A stretch of 28,374 bases of DNA from an uncultured archaeon (GCA_964493715.1 CAZBPC010000038.1:1-28374), one strand, 5' to 3'; counted from the first letter of the stretch, positions 18,577 to 28,374 are shown. Notes: a model not told the origin generated them from the letters alone. Numbers and translations: made by a program.

Positions 18577-19866
18577 CTATGTAATAAAATTAAAGATCTT
18601 TTCCTTGCTATGAAAAATATCATTCTTATTATCGCCTGTTAAACGCCGGATATTCATAACTTTTGAAGGAGCAAAGTATTCAAAGTCAAATTCAACATCA
18701 TCCCCCGCGTTTTTTCCCGGTATGGGCATTAATCTGGCTGTAAGAGGTTTTTTAAGCCTCAATGATATCGTACATATATCTAATAAAATATAAAACAATT
18801 CTTGTTCAGTGATATCACCAGGTAACGGTACGCAATCCAAGCCTGTCCCACACATAGTAGAGTATAATAACAAGGTATCTAAATTGAATTTGTTTTCTGA
18901 AAGGCATTTGGAAATGGTATAATCTTCAAGCACTGAAGGCATAAAGCCTGAGAATCCAATAATTTTCTCTTTTTGAGGTATCGCGTTCTTAATCAATGCA
19001 ACTCCTAAAAGGGACCCGGGGGCACCGAAATACTCATAATTTAATTTTTCAAATGCTGTTCCAATGCTCTGGGGAATTGTTGGAAAAGGTGCAGGCGAAA
19101 AATCCATGCCATAAAAATCTATCCCATATTTAATTCCAATATTTTCTGTTACTTTAATTAACATGTCATGAATCTCATTAAAACGCTCTCTTAACTTTAC
19201 CTGGGCTTCTGTAATGTTTTTTGATTGTTCGAAAACTTTCACTACTTCATCAGCCATTTCTAATGCTAATGAAAACGTAGGTTTTTCAGATAAGTGGTAA
19301 GCTGCGGGGAAAAAAGGCGTATTTTCTTTTACATTGGAACTTACACAAAATTTCAGGTTATCAAATGGATCTGGATTAGAAAGCTTTTTTATAATTTTTG
19401 CCCCTGACCTTAATGCCGAGAGATTTATTCCATTTTTAGAGGAAGCTGCAGGTAATGAAGTAAAAAATTTCTCCCTTCTTTTAATAAAACTTGGAACCTC
19501 GTCCAATAACAATTTTTCATAAAGTCCATATCTTTCAATATTTTCATCAGCAGCTAAAATGGTGCAGCAAGCAAAATAATCAAAACCATAGTTACTAATT
19601 AAATATTCTATTAGATTAAATTGATCATGTAATGTTAGGAGCGCCTGGTTTAAATTCTGCTCAAACGATTGATGTTCATATGAAAAGATGGGTTGAGAAC
19701 AAAATCTCTTAGTCTGAACTTCAATGTCTAAAGATTTAAATCTCTCTATTAATTCTTGATTGAAGTTACTGAAACCTTGCAATTTATCTCGCATTAAATT
19801 TTCGAGTTTGATATTTTGAGCTAAAAATGGAATTTTCTGGCCGATTGTAATGGCTCTAATTTTCAT
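18577..19866 (-). CDS. DUF711 (UPF0210, PFL-like fold) family protein
   Basis: MKIRAITIG start, TPFFPAAYH, DFSPAP, GFSGFMPSVLED, LLLYSTMCGTGLDCVPLPGD and KPLTARLMPIPGK. Confidence 0.88.
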   Translation of the reverse strand: MKIRAITIGQKIPFLAQNIKLENLMRDKLQGFSNFNQELIERFKSLDIEVQTKRFCSQPIFSYEHQSFEQNLNQALLTLHDQFNLIEYLISNYGFDYFACCTILAADENIERYGLYEKLLLDEVPSFIKRREKFFTSLPAASSKNGINLSALRSGAKIIKKLSNPDPFDNLKFCVSSNVKENTPFFPAAYHLSEKPTFSLALEMADEVVKVFEQSKNITEAQVKLRERFNEIHDMLIKVTENIGIKYGIDFYGMDFSPAPFPTIPQSIGTAFEKLNYEYFGAPGSLLGVALIKNAIPQKEKIIGFSGFMPSVLEDYTISKCLSENKFNLDTLLLYSTMCGTGLDCVPLPGDITEQELFYILLDICTISLRLKKPLTARLMPIPGKNAGDDVEFDFEYFAPSKVMNIRRLTGDNKNDIFHSKEKIFNFIT

Positions 19867-19932
19867 AATTATCGGTTATATACTTGTATTTTGAATAATT
19901 AATTGAGAAAAGCTCTCTTTTTAGCAATTCTC

Positions 19933-22329
19933 TCAAATTTCATCTAATTTAGCTGAGGATTTCGAAGTTTTTTCTTTAGTAACAAGTTTTTCGTATTCAC
20001 CAGGCTTAATCGGTCCTAATTCTTCTAGTTGTTCCTTAAATTCTGTTATTACTTGAGCATATCGTTCTCCTTCACCAGCAGAAATACTTGTAATTTTTAA
20101 ACGATTTTCATTAATACCGGCTTGTATCAGCATTTCTCTCATACTTTCATACCTCGCTTTTGCCTTAATAAATCCAGTATCATAGTGACAATCCTGTTCA
20201 TGGCAGCCCGCGATTAAGACTCCATCAGCTCCTCGGAGTAATGTTTCGAAAACTAATGATGGATTGAGCATGGCAGTACACATCACTCTAATAGATCTTA
20301 CATTAGAGGGATATGTTATTTTACTGGTTCCTGCTAAATCTGCGCCCATATATGAACACCAATTGCATAGAAATGCCACTATTAATGGATGCTCGCTCTT
20401 TCCTTGACTTAAAATTGCTTTTGTTTGGGCAGATATTTGTTCTTTCCTAAACCCAGGAATATATAATGCATCTTGAGGACACATAGCAGCACAGGCACCA
20501 CAACCTGTACAATTGGCTTGTGTGAGCGTGAGTTTTTCCTTACTGAGACTGATGGCATTAAAATTGCAAATATTTTCACACAATCTACAGAGATTGCACT
20601 TTTCTTCATCAAAATAAACGATGTGGGGATTTAATTCAACTTTTCCTCTTGATATTAGAGCAATGGCTTTTGCAGCAGCGCTTTCCGCATGTGCAATGCT
20701 ATTTGGAATGTCTTTTGGTCCCTGTATTACTCCTGCTAAGAAAATACCATTTACTGATGTTTCTGAAGGGTGCACTTTCAGGTGTTTTTCAAGGAGGAAT
20801 CCATTTTGATCCAACGAAATATTTAATTTCTGACTTAATTCTACCGTTCCTTCAGCAGGTTCAATACCCACAGCCAATACTACTAAATCAGATTTATTTT
20901 CAAATAATGCATCTTCAAATATATCTTCTCCCTTTATTATTAAATCATCTGACATATCACTTTTTACTATTGAAGCTATATTACTTTTAATGAATCGAAT
21001 ACCAAATGCTTCTCGTGCACGATTATAAAATTCTTCGCAATTTTTACCTACCGCTCTTATGTCATTAAAGTAAACATTAATCTCTGTGTTTGGATTCTCT
21101 TTTTTAATCAGAATTGCTTGCTTAATTGATGCATTGCAACATACTTGGCTGCAATATTCTCGTCCAATCGTTTTATTTCTAGAACCTACGCAAAGAATGA
21201 AAGAAACCTTTTTAGGGGGTAAACCGGTTGAAGGACGTACGACTTTACCTCTTGTAGGACCATCATTATTTTGTAACCGCTCCATTTGCATCGTAGTAAT
21301 CACGTCAGGATATTTTTGAAAATTCAATTCCCCCAGTAAACTTGGATCAAATGTTTTGAATCCTGTTGCGACTATAATTGATCCAACTTCGATGTTAATT
21401 TTTTGTGGAATCTGGTCAAAATCAATAGCGTCTCTATCACACGCGAGAGAACAAGCTTTACATCCTATACAATATTCTTCTAAAATATTTGGAAATAAAG
21501 GAATCGCTTGAGGATATGGAATATCTATTGCTTTCCTCGGAAAAAAAGTGTTTTCTATATCTATTGGACATACTTCTCGACAAATATCAATACAACCCAC
21601 GCAATTTTCTTCGTTAATAAATCTCGGTTTCTTTTTTATAGATGCTTTAAAGTTTCCAACGTATCCTTCAATAGATTCAAGTTCACTAAACGTTAGCAAT
21701 TCGATATTAGGATGATCTTTAATTTCAGACATTAACGGTCCAAGGATGCAAATGCTACAATCTAAAGTTGGAAAGGTTTTATCAAATAAGGCCATGTGAC
21801 CCCCGATAGTAGCGTCTCGTTCAAGTAAGTACACCTTATATCCCGCATCTGCAATAACCATTGCTGCTTTTATTCCAGCAATACCTCCTCCTATTATTAA
21901 AGTTGATTTGGTAACCGGAGCATATTGGACTTCTAATGGTTCCAGAAGTTTTACTTCTTCTATTGCCATATTAATTTGATCAATTGCCTTTTTTGTGGCG
22001 TGTTCTGGTTGATTTGGGTGTACCCAGGAATTTTGCTCTCTAATGTTAGCAAAAGATATTAAAAATTTATTTATACCTGCCTTTTCAATTGCTTTTTGAA
22101 ACAAAGATCCATGCAATTTGAATGAACATGCTGCGATAACCACTCTGTCAATTCCTTTTTCTTTAATTTCATCATTAATCTTGTTTACTCCAGTTTCTGA
22201 GCATAGATATTGATCCCCAATTACTTGAATTTCCGGATAATTCTTTCTATAATATTCTTCAACCTTTTTTGTATCTATCGTGCCAGATATATTTCTTCCA
22301 CAGTTACAGATGAATAACCCTACCTTCAT
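19933..22329 (-). CDS. hdrA: Heterodisulfide reductase subunit A-like flavoprotein fused to a C-terminal MvhD/FlpD [2Fe-2S] domain
   Basis: N-terminal CNCG/CS/ACS/NIREQ, FAD site IIGGGIAG, DKTFPTLDCSICIL, two 2x[4Fe-4S] ferredoxin blocks, CVGSR...YCSQVCC and GPKDIP. C-terminal FLCNWCSYMGAD...RVMCT...GCHEQDCHY is MvhD. Confidence 0.92.
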   Translation of the reverse strand: MKVGLFICNCGRNISGTIDTKKVEEYYRKNYPEIQVIGDQYLCSETGVNKINDEIKEKGIDRVVIAACSFKLHGSLFQKAIEKAGINKFLISFANIREQNSWVHPNQPEHATKKAIDQINMAIEEVKLLEPLEVQYAPVTKSTLIIGGGIAGIKAAMVIADAGYKVYLLERDATIGGHMALFDKTFPTLDCSICILGPLMSEIKDHPNIELLTFSELESIEGYVGNFKASIKKKPRFINEENCVGCIDICREVCPIDIENTFFPRKAIDIPYPQAIPLFPNILEEYCIGCKACSLACDRDAIDFDQIPQKINIEVGSIIVATGFKTFDPSLLGELNFQKYPDVITTMQMERLQNNDGPTRGKVVRPSTGLPPKKVSFILCVGSRNKTIGREYCSQVCCNASIKQAILIKKENPNTEINVYFNDIRAVGKNCEEFYNRAREAFGIRFIKSNIASIVKSDMSDDLIIKGEDIFEDALFENKSDLVVLAVGIEPAEGTVELSQKLNISLDQNGFLLEKHLKVHPSETSVNGIFLAGVIQGPKDIPNSIAHAESAAAKAIALISRGKVELNPHIVYFDEEKCNLCRLCENICNFNAISLSKEKLTLTQANCTGCGACAAMCPQDALYIPGFRKEQISAQTKAILSQGKSEHPLIVAFLCNWCSYMGADLAGTSKITYPSNVRSIRVMCTAMLNPSLVFETLLRGADGVLIAGCHEQDCHYDTGFIKAKARYESMREMLIQAGINENRLKITSISAGEGERYAQVITEFKEQLEELGPIKPGEYEKLVTKEKTSKSSAKLDEI

Positions 22330-22448
22330 AAACTTTTTCCTCTATTTCTGAAGATCTCTAATCCAATTATAGTAATTAGATGTTATTAATTATTCTTAAT
22401 AACCAATCATAGATAATATTAATTCTTACAAAAGAAATGGATTACTAA

Positions 22449-24467
22449 TTATTGGGAAATCGTAATAATTGCAGAATTAAATGAACCAGATAAGTGAGAT
22501 TTTTCTGGAGTTTGAGGGGTAAAAAGGTTAACATTCAAACTTCTATTGAATCCGAAAGGGGACCCTGAGTAAATTAATGCTACTCCTGGTTTTAGTTCAA
22601 CTTTTTCCTCTAAAGTGTAGTTAGATTCACCATATCTATTTGATACAGTAACTTCTTTATCAATTTGGAGGTTTAATCGTTTAATATCAAAAGGATGGAG
22701 AAATATTTTTTCAAACTGATTAACAAAATTCGGATATATTTGACCGAATTGTGAATGAATAAATTGGATGTGTGAAGGAGAAATAAGATAAAATTGATTA
22801 GAGTTCCTACAAAAGGTTTCCTCGTTTACAAAATCTTCAATTAAAAGATTTAAATCCAAATTTAATTTAGATGGTTGAGATAAAAAAGGAATTTCTTTAA
22901 ATGGAACATCATCCTCATCAAATAAAGTGTGGTATCCTTTTTCATCAATATCCTTTTTCATTTTTTTAGAAAGCATCGTGATGCTTTTTCGCATTATCAT
23001 ACTTTGACTTTCTTGAAAATCCAAATCATCTTGCCAACCAATTTTGTATGCTAATTTTTGAAAAAATTCATAATTTGTTAAACAATTTGGATAAGGACAT
23101 GGTCCACCTTCATTAATAGATACTCCTGGGATATAATAGGGAGTATACATGTCATCATTTTCAACTCCAAATTTAGCAGGGATAACAATATCTGCGTATT
23201 TTGTTGTTTGATTTAAAAACATGTCTATCACAACAACAAAGAGGTCCTCTCGACTGAGCGCACGCCTTAGTAGATTTTGATTTGGAATGGAACTTGCTGG
23301 GTTAAAATTATAAATAAAAATCATTTTATATTTAGGAGAATTCAAAGCCCATCCTAAATCTATCAACATTATTTTATTATTTCTTGGAATGCTTGGATTT
23401 TTAGTTATATATTGAACAATAGGGTCAATGAATACCTTGTTAAAATCACTTTGGGAATAAACTAAACCCGTTCCGGGTCTCCCAAAATTACCCAAAATTA
23501 CTTGTAGGAGAGCAATTAATTGTAAAGTTTCTCCGCCGTGATAATATTTTTGAATACCGTATCCTACATTAAAGATCGTTTCATGTTTATGTTGAATAAG
23601 TAAATCTATTACTTTATTCAAAATATTAAAATCCACCCCAATTTTTTGCACGGCTTTTGTTATATCAAGCTTCTTAATTTTTGAAAAGAAAATTTCAGGA
23701 TTTTCAAAATAGTTAGATATAAATCCAGGATCATAACCATTCTTTTTGATTATCTGATTTATAATTAATTTGGCAACAAGATATTCCGTACCAGGATCAG
23801 GTTGAATGAAAAATTGAGCTTCTTGCGCTAATTTATGATATCTTGAATCTATTACGATCAATATTGAGCCGTTTTTTATTGCGGTTTTAATTAATCTATA
23901 AGCGTGAATATTAGTTTCTGGTAGATTACTTCCCCATATCACAATAACTTTTGCGGCTTTACTTTTCAATTGAAAGGGATTGGTCGTAGAGTATGTACCT
24001 AATAATTTTTGAAGAGCATCACATCCTCCTTCGTTACAAATGCCCCCTGTAGTAATTGTCGCACCTAATTTATTAAAAAATCTTAATGGTGCTAATCTTG
24101 ATATGAGTCCATTATTTCCTGCACTAAATGCAGCCACAATTGATTCTGGACCGTATGATTGTTTTATTTCACCGAGTTTTTCTGCTATAATCGTTAGAGC
24201 TTCTTTTAATCCAATTGGATTAAATTCATTTTGCCCTTTTGCACCCACGTGTTTTAACGGTTTGATCAATCTTTCAGGATGATAAACAAATTTCTCTCGG
24301 TTATTGAGTTTTGGACATAAGAATCCTTGGGTAAATGGATGTATCCTTGAAGGGATAGTTCCTAAAAATTTTACTTTTTCAGCATTGTCATTCCATTTAG
24401 TATGGAATACGCAGGATCCATAGCAATCTTTTGAACAAGTTCCGAATCGTTTTATTGCATCATTCAA
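22449..24467 (-). CDS. Molybdopterin-dependent oxidoreductase (DMSO reductase superfamily, uncharacterised YoaE/YyaE-like clade)
   Basis: [4Fe-4S] motif CSKDCYGSC...LCPK, HPERLIKPL, putative Mo ligand GGICNEGG, IVIWGSN, NFNPASS, TTKYADIVIPA, and a C-terminal dinucleotide-binding domain. TTG start. Confidence 0.88.
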   Translation of the reverse strand: MNDAIKRFGTCSKDCYGSCVFHTKWNDNAEKVKFLGTIPSRIHPFTQGFLCPKLNNREKFVYHPERLIKPLKHVGAKGQNEFNPIGLKEALTIIAEKLGEIKQSYGPESIVAAFSAGNNGLISRLAPLRFFNKLGATITTGGICNEGGCDALQKLLGTYSTTNPFQLKSKAAKVIVIWGSNLPETNIHAYRLIKTAIKNGSILIVIDSRYHKLAQEAQFFIQPDPGTEYLVAKLIINQIIKKNGYDPGFISNYFENPEIFFSKIKKLDITKAVQKIGVDFNILNKVIDLLIQHKHETIFNVGYGIQKYYHGGETLQLIALLQVILGNFGRPGTGLVYSQSDFNKVFIDPIVQYITKNPSIPRNNKIMLIDLGWALNSPKYKMIFIYNFNPASSIPNQNLLRRALSREDLFVVVIDMFLNQTTKYADIVIPAKFGVENDDMYTPYYIPGVSINEGGPCPYPNCLTNYEFFQKLAYKIGWQDDLDFQESQSMIMRKSITMLSKKMKKDIDEKGYHTLFDEDDVPFKEIPFLSQPSKLNLDLNLLIEDFVNEETFCRNSNQFYLISPSHIQFIHSQFGQIYPNFVNQFEKIFLHPFDIKRLNLQIDKEVTVSNRYGESNYTLEEKVELKPGVALIYSGSPFGFNRSLNVNLFTPQTPEKSHLSGSFNSAIITISQ

Positions 24468-24486
24468 GGGTCATCCCAACATCAAT

Positions 24487-25104
24487 TTATTTAGTTATAT
24501 CTTCTTTTTCAACGAAATTTTTTGGTAGAAAGGGGTAAACCTTGTATATATTAAAATCATTTTTTTTCATTTCAAGGAAATATTTCTTTTCAATTTCATA
24601 TTCTTCAGAAGCCCAAATTAGAATTTGTTCAGCTGAATAATACTCTCCTTTATTGACTAAAGAATCTTTCAACCCGGGACACTTTTTAGAATAATCTACA
24701 TAATTCTTACGACTTGTTACCAGAATGTGCCAAAATGGAAAACATCTGCATTGATAAGGTCTTTCTGAATGTACCGTGCATTCATTACCTACTAAAAAAG
24801 CGCATCTTTCATCATTACCAGTGAAATTAAAACCGAGTGTTTTGAATTTATATCTTTTTCCTCTCTCAGCTTGAGGTTCTTTCCAAAAAAAAGAATCATC
24901 TATAGCTTTTAAGTATCTTATTGCAAACTCTCTTAGCCCCGATTTTCCTTTTAAATTCAAGTGTAATGCTAACCGCTCTATGTCTTCCTTGAAAAGGTAT
25001 ACTTCTCCCTCATCTAAACCCTTACAACAACCCCCGCACATTTGACAAGAAAATTCTACACCATTTTCGAGAGCTTTCGAGAGTTTTATTTCCTGCGAAG
25101 TCAA
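24487..25104 (-). CDS. YkgJ family cysteine-cluster (CxxCxxCC) protein
   Basis: FSCQMCGGCC...CAFL...CTVHSERPYQCRCFPFW...CPG. Confidence 0.9.
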   Translation of the reverse strand: MTSQEIKLSKALENGVEFSCQMCGGCCKGLDEGEVYLFKEDIERLALHLNLKGKSGLREFAIRYLKAIDDSFFWKEPQAERGKRYKFKTLGFNFTGNDERCAFLVGNECTVHSERPYQCRCFPFWHILVTSRKNYVDYSKKCPGLKDSLVNKGEYYSAEQILIWASEEYEIEKKYFLEMKKNDFNIYKVYPFLPKNFVEKEDITK

Positions 25105-25216
25105 GTTTTCATTAAAGAGATTTTTATTCTATTAATGGTTTATAATATGGATATTTTCAATTTAAATTTAAATATTAATTTGTAATTTTTATATTATATC
25201 GAAGGAGTTTGTTTAT

Positions 25217-27457
25217 TTGGGCATATTTAAGAACACTGGAAAACACGTTTTCTCCTTATCAATGTTTGAAAGTGAGTTGAATGAGTTAGAACAAATCTAT
25301 AATCAGAAATCACTTCAAGATATGACAGCATATCAATCTTGGAAAGAGGAATTTATTAAAATATATGGAGTAAAAAGCATAAATCTTCGATTCTATATAA
25401 TAATGTCATTATTCTTTTTTATTGGACGGTTAAAACTCCTGAAAATAAGAAATAATGCCCAGGATTCAGTTATTGATAAGCAGATTTTTCAATTAGATTT
25501 TGAGAAAAAATTAAACTTACCAAAAGAATTTGGGGAGAACTCAATAATATATTATTTTTCACCCCTTCTGGAAAAAATTGATGTTACCGAGATTAACATT
25601 TATAATAAAATTTTGAACCATATTATTTTAAAATTACAAGATAATAATATTCCTCCTATTTATCAATTCGATTATTTGATCCAACATTTAATTTCTTCAT
25701 ATATCCGCCACGGATCTGGTGAATTTTACACGCCTCCATTTTTGGTAAAAAAAATGGTAAAAGAATCATATAAGGTAGGGGATCGTGTTTTAGATCCAAG
25801 TTGTGGTTCTGGAAATTTTTTGATTGAAATAATCAATGAAATCGATAATTCAAATATTAGTAGAGAAAAGAAAATTCAAGCAATTAGAAACGTACATGGT
25901 TACGATATTAACCCAATGTCCATATTTTTAGCGGGTATTAATATTGCTTGTTTAATCGATTTTGATTATAATCTGATTGGCTATCATTTGCATGTTATTG
26001 ATTCATTATTTCTTGAAAAAGGTTTGAATAACGGTAAATATGATTTAGTTATTGGTAATCCCCCTTGGTACGCGTTACGGGAAATAGAATCAGTAAATTA
26101 TCAAGAAAAAATTAAGGGATTATCGGATACATTAGGCATTAAACCAGCACCCAAAAATATTTTAAATATAGAAATTGCGTCGCTTTTCTTTTATAAAGCA
26201 AATTTCTCATTCATGAAAAAAGATTCGAAACTTTTTTTTGTAATTCCTAAAGGTGTTCTCACGGGTTCACATGCATCTAGTTTTAGGAGCTTTAAAGGAT
26301 TCAAGAAAATAACTTCTTGGATGTTTGAAAATGATATTCTCAAAATATTTAAAATTGATTTCATATGTCTATATGCTGAAAAATCTTCTAACTTAGGTAT
26401 GAAGGAGAGTTATAACATTCCAGTTATTTATTTTGGCACAAAAGATAACATCGTTAATTTTAATTACTTTGATCTAATTGATTTAGAGATTAAGAAAAAA
26501 GAAGAACTAATTCCTTATTCAATAAAAGTAAAAGGAGATAAAGTATTTGTTAACAAGTTCATTTCTAAAAAAGAACATGAAGATTTGGTACATCTTCAGA
26601 CCAGCCTTTACAAGGAATTATTTCATAAAGGAGCAGACTTGAACCCAAGGAATCTAATTTTTGTCACTGCAAAGAATCTTGATAATAGCTACGTAAGCAT
26701 ATCTCCAGACGACCGAATATTTAAAAAAGCAAAAATTCCTTGGAATATCCGAACATTTCAAGATGAAAAGGTAAATAAAAAATACATTTTCAATGTTATA
26801 AAAAGTACCGAACTAGTATCTTTCAATGTATTCGATCATTACAGAGTGTTTTTACCTCTAAAAAAATCGGACTTATCTTTCGATTATCTTTCATTGGATA
26901 CTCATTCAAAGCATTTTTATGACCTTATTAATTCTCATTATTTAAAATATAAGAAAAAAACCACTAATAAGGTCTCGCTTCTTGAAAATTTGAATCATTG
27001 GGGTAAATTAATTACCTCCCGACAACTTTCAAAAATAAAAGTTATCTATAACAACTCAGGCTCTACTCTAAATTCCGCAGTTATTGAGGGTGATTTCTTA
27101 ATAACGGGAGATCTCAGCTATTATGATACACAAAATATAGAAGAAGCTTACTATTTATCCTCAATACTTAATTCTCGCTTTATCAACAAGCAAATGAGAA
27201 TTATGAAATCTTCTCGTCATATATTTAAAAAGCCTTTTGAGACACCCATTCCTAAATTTGATACCCTTAATAGTCAACATCTTGCATTAATCGAATTAGG
27301 AAGAAAAGGTCATCAAATTGCAGAATCAACTTTACGGGATCTTGATATAATCAAGCAAAATCCCTCAAAATTCAAAATTCAAGAGAAATTAAAAAAAGCA
27401 CTTCAATCTACTCTCGATCAAATTGACGAAATATTAACCATCGGCTTTTTTCAATAA
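25217..27457 (+). CDS. N6-adenine DNA methyltransferase, gamma-class (Eco57I/type IIG-like MTase plus target-recognition region)
   Basis: Motif X GEFYTP, motif I VLDPSCGSGNF, GYDINP, DSL, motif IV IGNPPW, and C-terminal EEAYYLSSILNS...PIPKFD. AAGGAG precedes the TTG start. Confidence 0.88.
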   Translation: MGIFKNTGKHVFSLSMFESELNELEQIYNQKSLQDMTAYQSWKEEFIKIYGVKSINLRFYIIMSLFFFIGRLKLLKIRNNAQDSVIDKQIFQLDFEKKLNLPKEFGENSIIYYFSPLLEKIDVTEINIYNKILNHIILKLQDNNIPPIYQFDYLIQHLISSYIRHGSGEFYTPPFLVKKMVKESYKVGDRVLDPSCGSGNFLIEIINEIDNSNISREKKIQAIRNVHGYDINPMSIFLAGINIACLIDFDYNLIGYHLHVIDSLFLEKGLNNGKYDLVIGNPPWYALREIESVNYQEKIKGLSDTLGIKPAPKNILNIEIASLFFYKANFSFMKKDSKLFFVIPKGVLTGSHASSFRSFKGFKKITSWMFENDILKIFKIDFICLYAEKSSNLGMKESYNIPVIYFGTKDNIVNFNYFDLIDLEIKKKEELIPYSIKVKGDKVFVNKFISKKEHEDLVHLQTSLYKELFHKGADLNPRNLIFVTAKNLDNSYVSISPDDRIFKKAKIPWNIRTFQDEKVNKKYIFNVIKSTELVSFNVFDHYRVFLPLKKSDLSFDYLSLDTHSKHFYDLINSHYLKYKKKTTNKVSLLENLNHWGKLITSRQLSKIKVIYNNSGSTLNSAVIEGDFLITGDLSYYDTQNIEEAYYLSSILNSRFINKQMRIMKSSRHIFKKPFETPIPKFDTLNSQHLALIELGRKGHQIAESTLRDLDIIKQNPSKFKIQEKLKKALQSTLDQIDEILTIGFFQ

Positions 27458-27550
27458 TTCGGAAATATTACATTAAATTATATTAGGTCTAATTATTATT
27501 AGATAATAAGAGAATTCACATTATAATTCCTTGAGGTACTAAGAATCAAA

Positions 27551-28078
27551 TTGACGAAAAAATTTGTCTTCAAGATTTTAATTGCTGGCAATGGGGGAGC
27601 AGGAAAAACAACACTACTCCGTAGATATGTAAACGGAGTCTTCAATGAATCTACGATCGAGACGGTAGGGGTTGATTTTTTCATCAAGGAGATTATGTTT
27701 GATGATTTAGAAGCAAATTGTTCATTACAGTTATGGGATTTAGGAGGTCAAGAACGTTTCAGGCATCTCCTTGAAAATTTCGTCATGGGGGCAAGAGCAG
27801 CACTCCTCTTATTTGACATGACACGCATGCCTGTAATAAATGAGATTATAGCATGGGTAAATCTTGTAAGGATGCACGATATGAATTTACCAATCATTCT
27901 AGTTGGGACTAAATCAGACTTAGAAGATTTAATTGCTGTAAATGATGAAATAGCGCTAAATATTAAACAAACCTTTCAGATGGTTGATTATATAAAAACA
28001 TCATCTAAATCAGGAATGAATGTTGATATAGCATTCAAATCAATTATAGAATTTTTAATGACTAAAAGTAAATATTAG
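27551..28078 (+). CDS. Rab-like small GTPase (Ras superfamily, Asgard type)
   Basis: FVFKILIAGNGGAGKT (G1), TVGVDF (G2), LQLWDLGGQERFR (G3), VGTKSD (G4), TSSK (G5). No C-terminal prenylation motif. Confidence 0.92.
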   Translation: MTKKFVFKILIAGNGGAGKTTLLRRYVNGVFNESTIETVGVDFFIKEIMFDDLEANCSLQLWDLGGQERFRHLLENFVMGARAALLLFDMTRMPVINEIIAWVNLVRMHDMNLPIILVGTKSDLEDLIAVNDEIALNIKQTFQMVDYIKTSSKSGMNVDIAFKSIIEFLMTKSKY

Positions 28079-28123
28079 TTACCATGATTAATTGCGAATT
28101 TTAAGATAGAAGGTTTCAATAAA

Positions 28124-28374
28124 ATGATAGATGATGAACTGCTCATTTTAGGTTCTGGGGGCGGAAGACATAACATTCGAACTCAACATAGAGCCACGGG
28201 CGGAATTTTATACAAATTCAATGGCATTCAAACACACATCGATCCCGGACCAGGTGCGATCGTTCGTTTGAACCAATATCACGAGGACCCTCTAAAAACT
28301 GAGTTATTTATCGTGACTCACGTCCATATTGACCACTTTAATGACCTTTGTGCCATAATTGAAGCTTCCAGAGA
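28124..28374 (+). CDS. MBL-fold metallo-hydrolase (partial, runs off the right edge)
   Basis: My translation: MIDDELLILGSGGGRHNIRTQHRATGGIL...HIDPGPGAIV...FIVTHVHIDHFND. It contains the THxHxDH metal-binding motif. Not in the ORF track. Confidence 0.88.
   Translation, partial: MIDDELLILGSGGGRHNIRTQHRATGGILYKFNGIQTHIDPGPGAIVRLNQYHEDPLKTELFIVTHVHIDHFNDLCAIIEASR

Noticed and set aside
19933-22329. Selenocysteine read-through or SECIS element for hdrA-mvhD
   Set aside because: The frame is complete with Cys at the relevant positions, and I see no SECIS-like stem-loop downstream.

Overview
AT-rich, gene-dense archaeal chromosomal window, most consistent with an Asgard archaeon (Lokiarchaeia/Promethearchaeota-like). 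The taxonomy is inferred from a gelsolin-domain protein, a Rab-like small GTPase, many zinc-ribbon proteins, an HdrA-MvhD fusion and frequent TTG starts. About 25 CDSs are supported. Three are missing from the ORF track: the 3' end of a PiT-like transporter at the left edge, a 44-aa zinc-ribbon protein, and the 5' part of an MBL-fold hydrolase at the right edge. Metabolic genes include tyrosine phenol-lyase, HypB, class I FBP aldolase, a PssA-like lipid synthase, DUF711, HdrA-MvhD, a molybdopterin oxidoreductase and a YkgJ-type protein. There is also an apparently orphan N6 DNA methyltransferase. The most striking unexplained element is a tandem pair of paralogous proteins (7290-10091). Each has a vWA domain of the Rpn10/MERIT40/TFIIH-p44 type, an expanded C4HC3 RING/PHD-like finger, an acidic linker, an IGG(Y/F)FG motif and a C-terminal zinc ribbon. 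The pair is transcribed divergently from a large TrmB-like wHTH/coiled-coil protein and is a candidate eukaryote-like (ubiquitin-system or TFIIH-core-like) heterodimer. Other notable items are an Imm5-like gene flanked by degenerate direct repeats between pssA and a scramblase/LURP-one-like gene, a 40-bp tandem duplication of the fbaB leader, and a HypB lacking the canonical metal-binding His. No rRNA, tRNA, CRISPR array or transposase was recognised. All family calls come from motif recognition by eye; no database searches were run.
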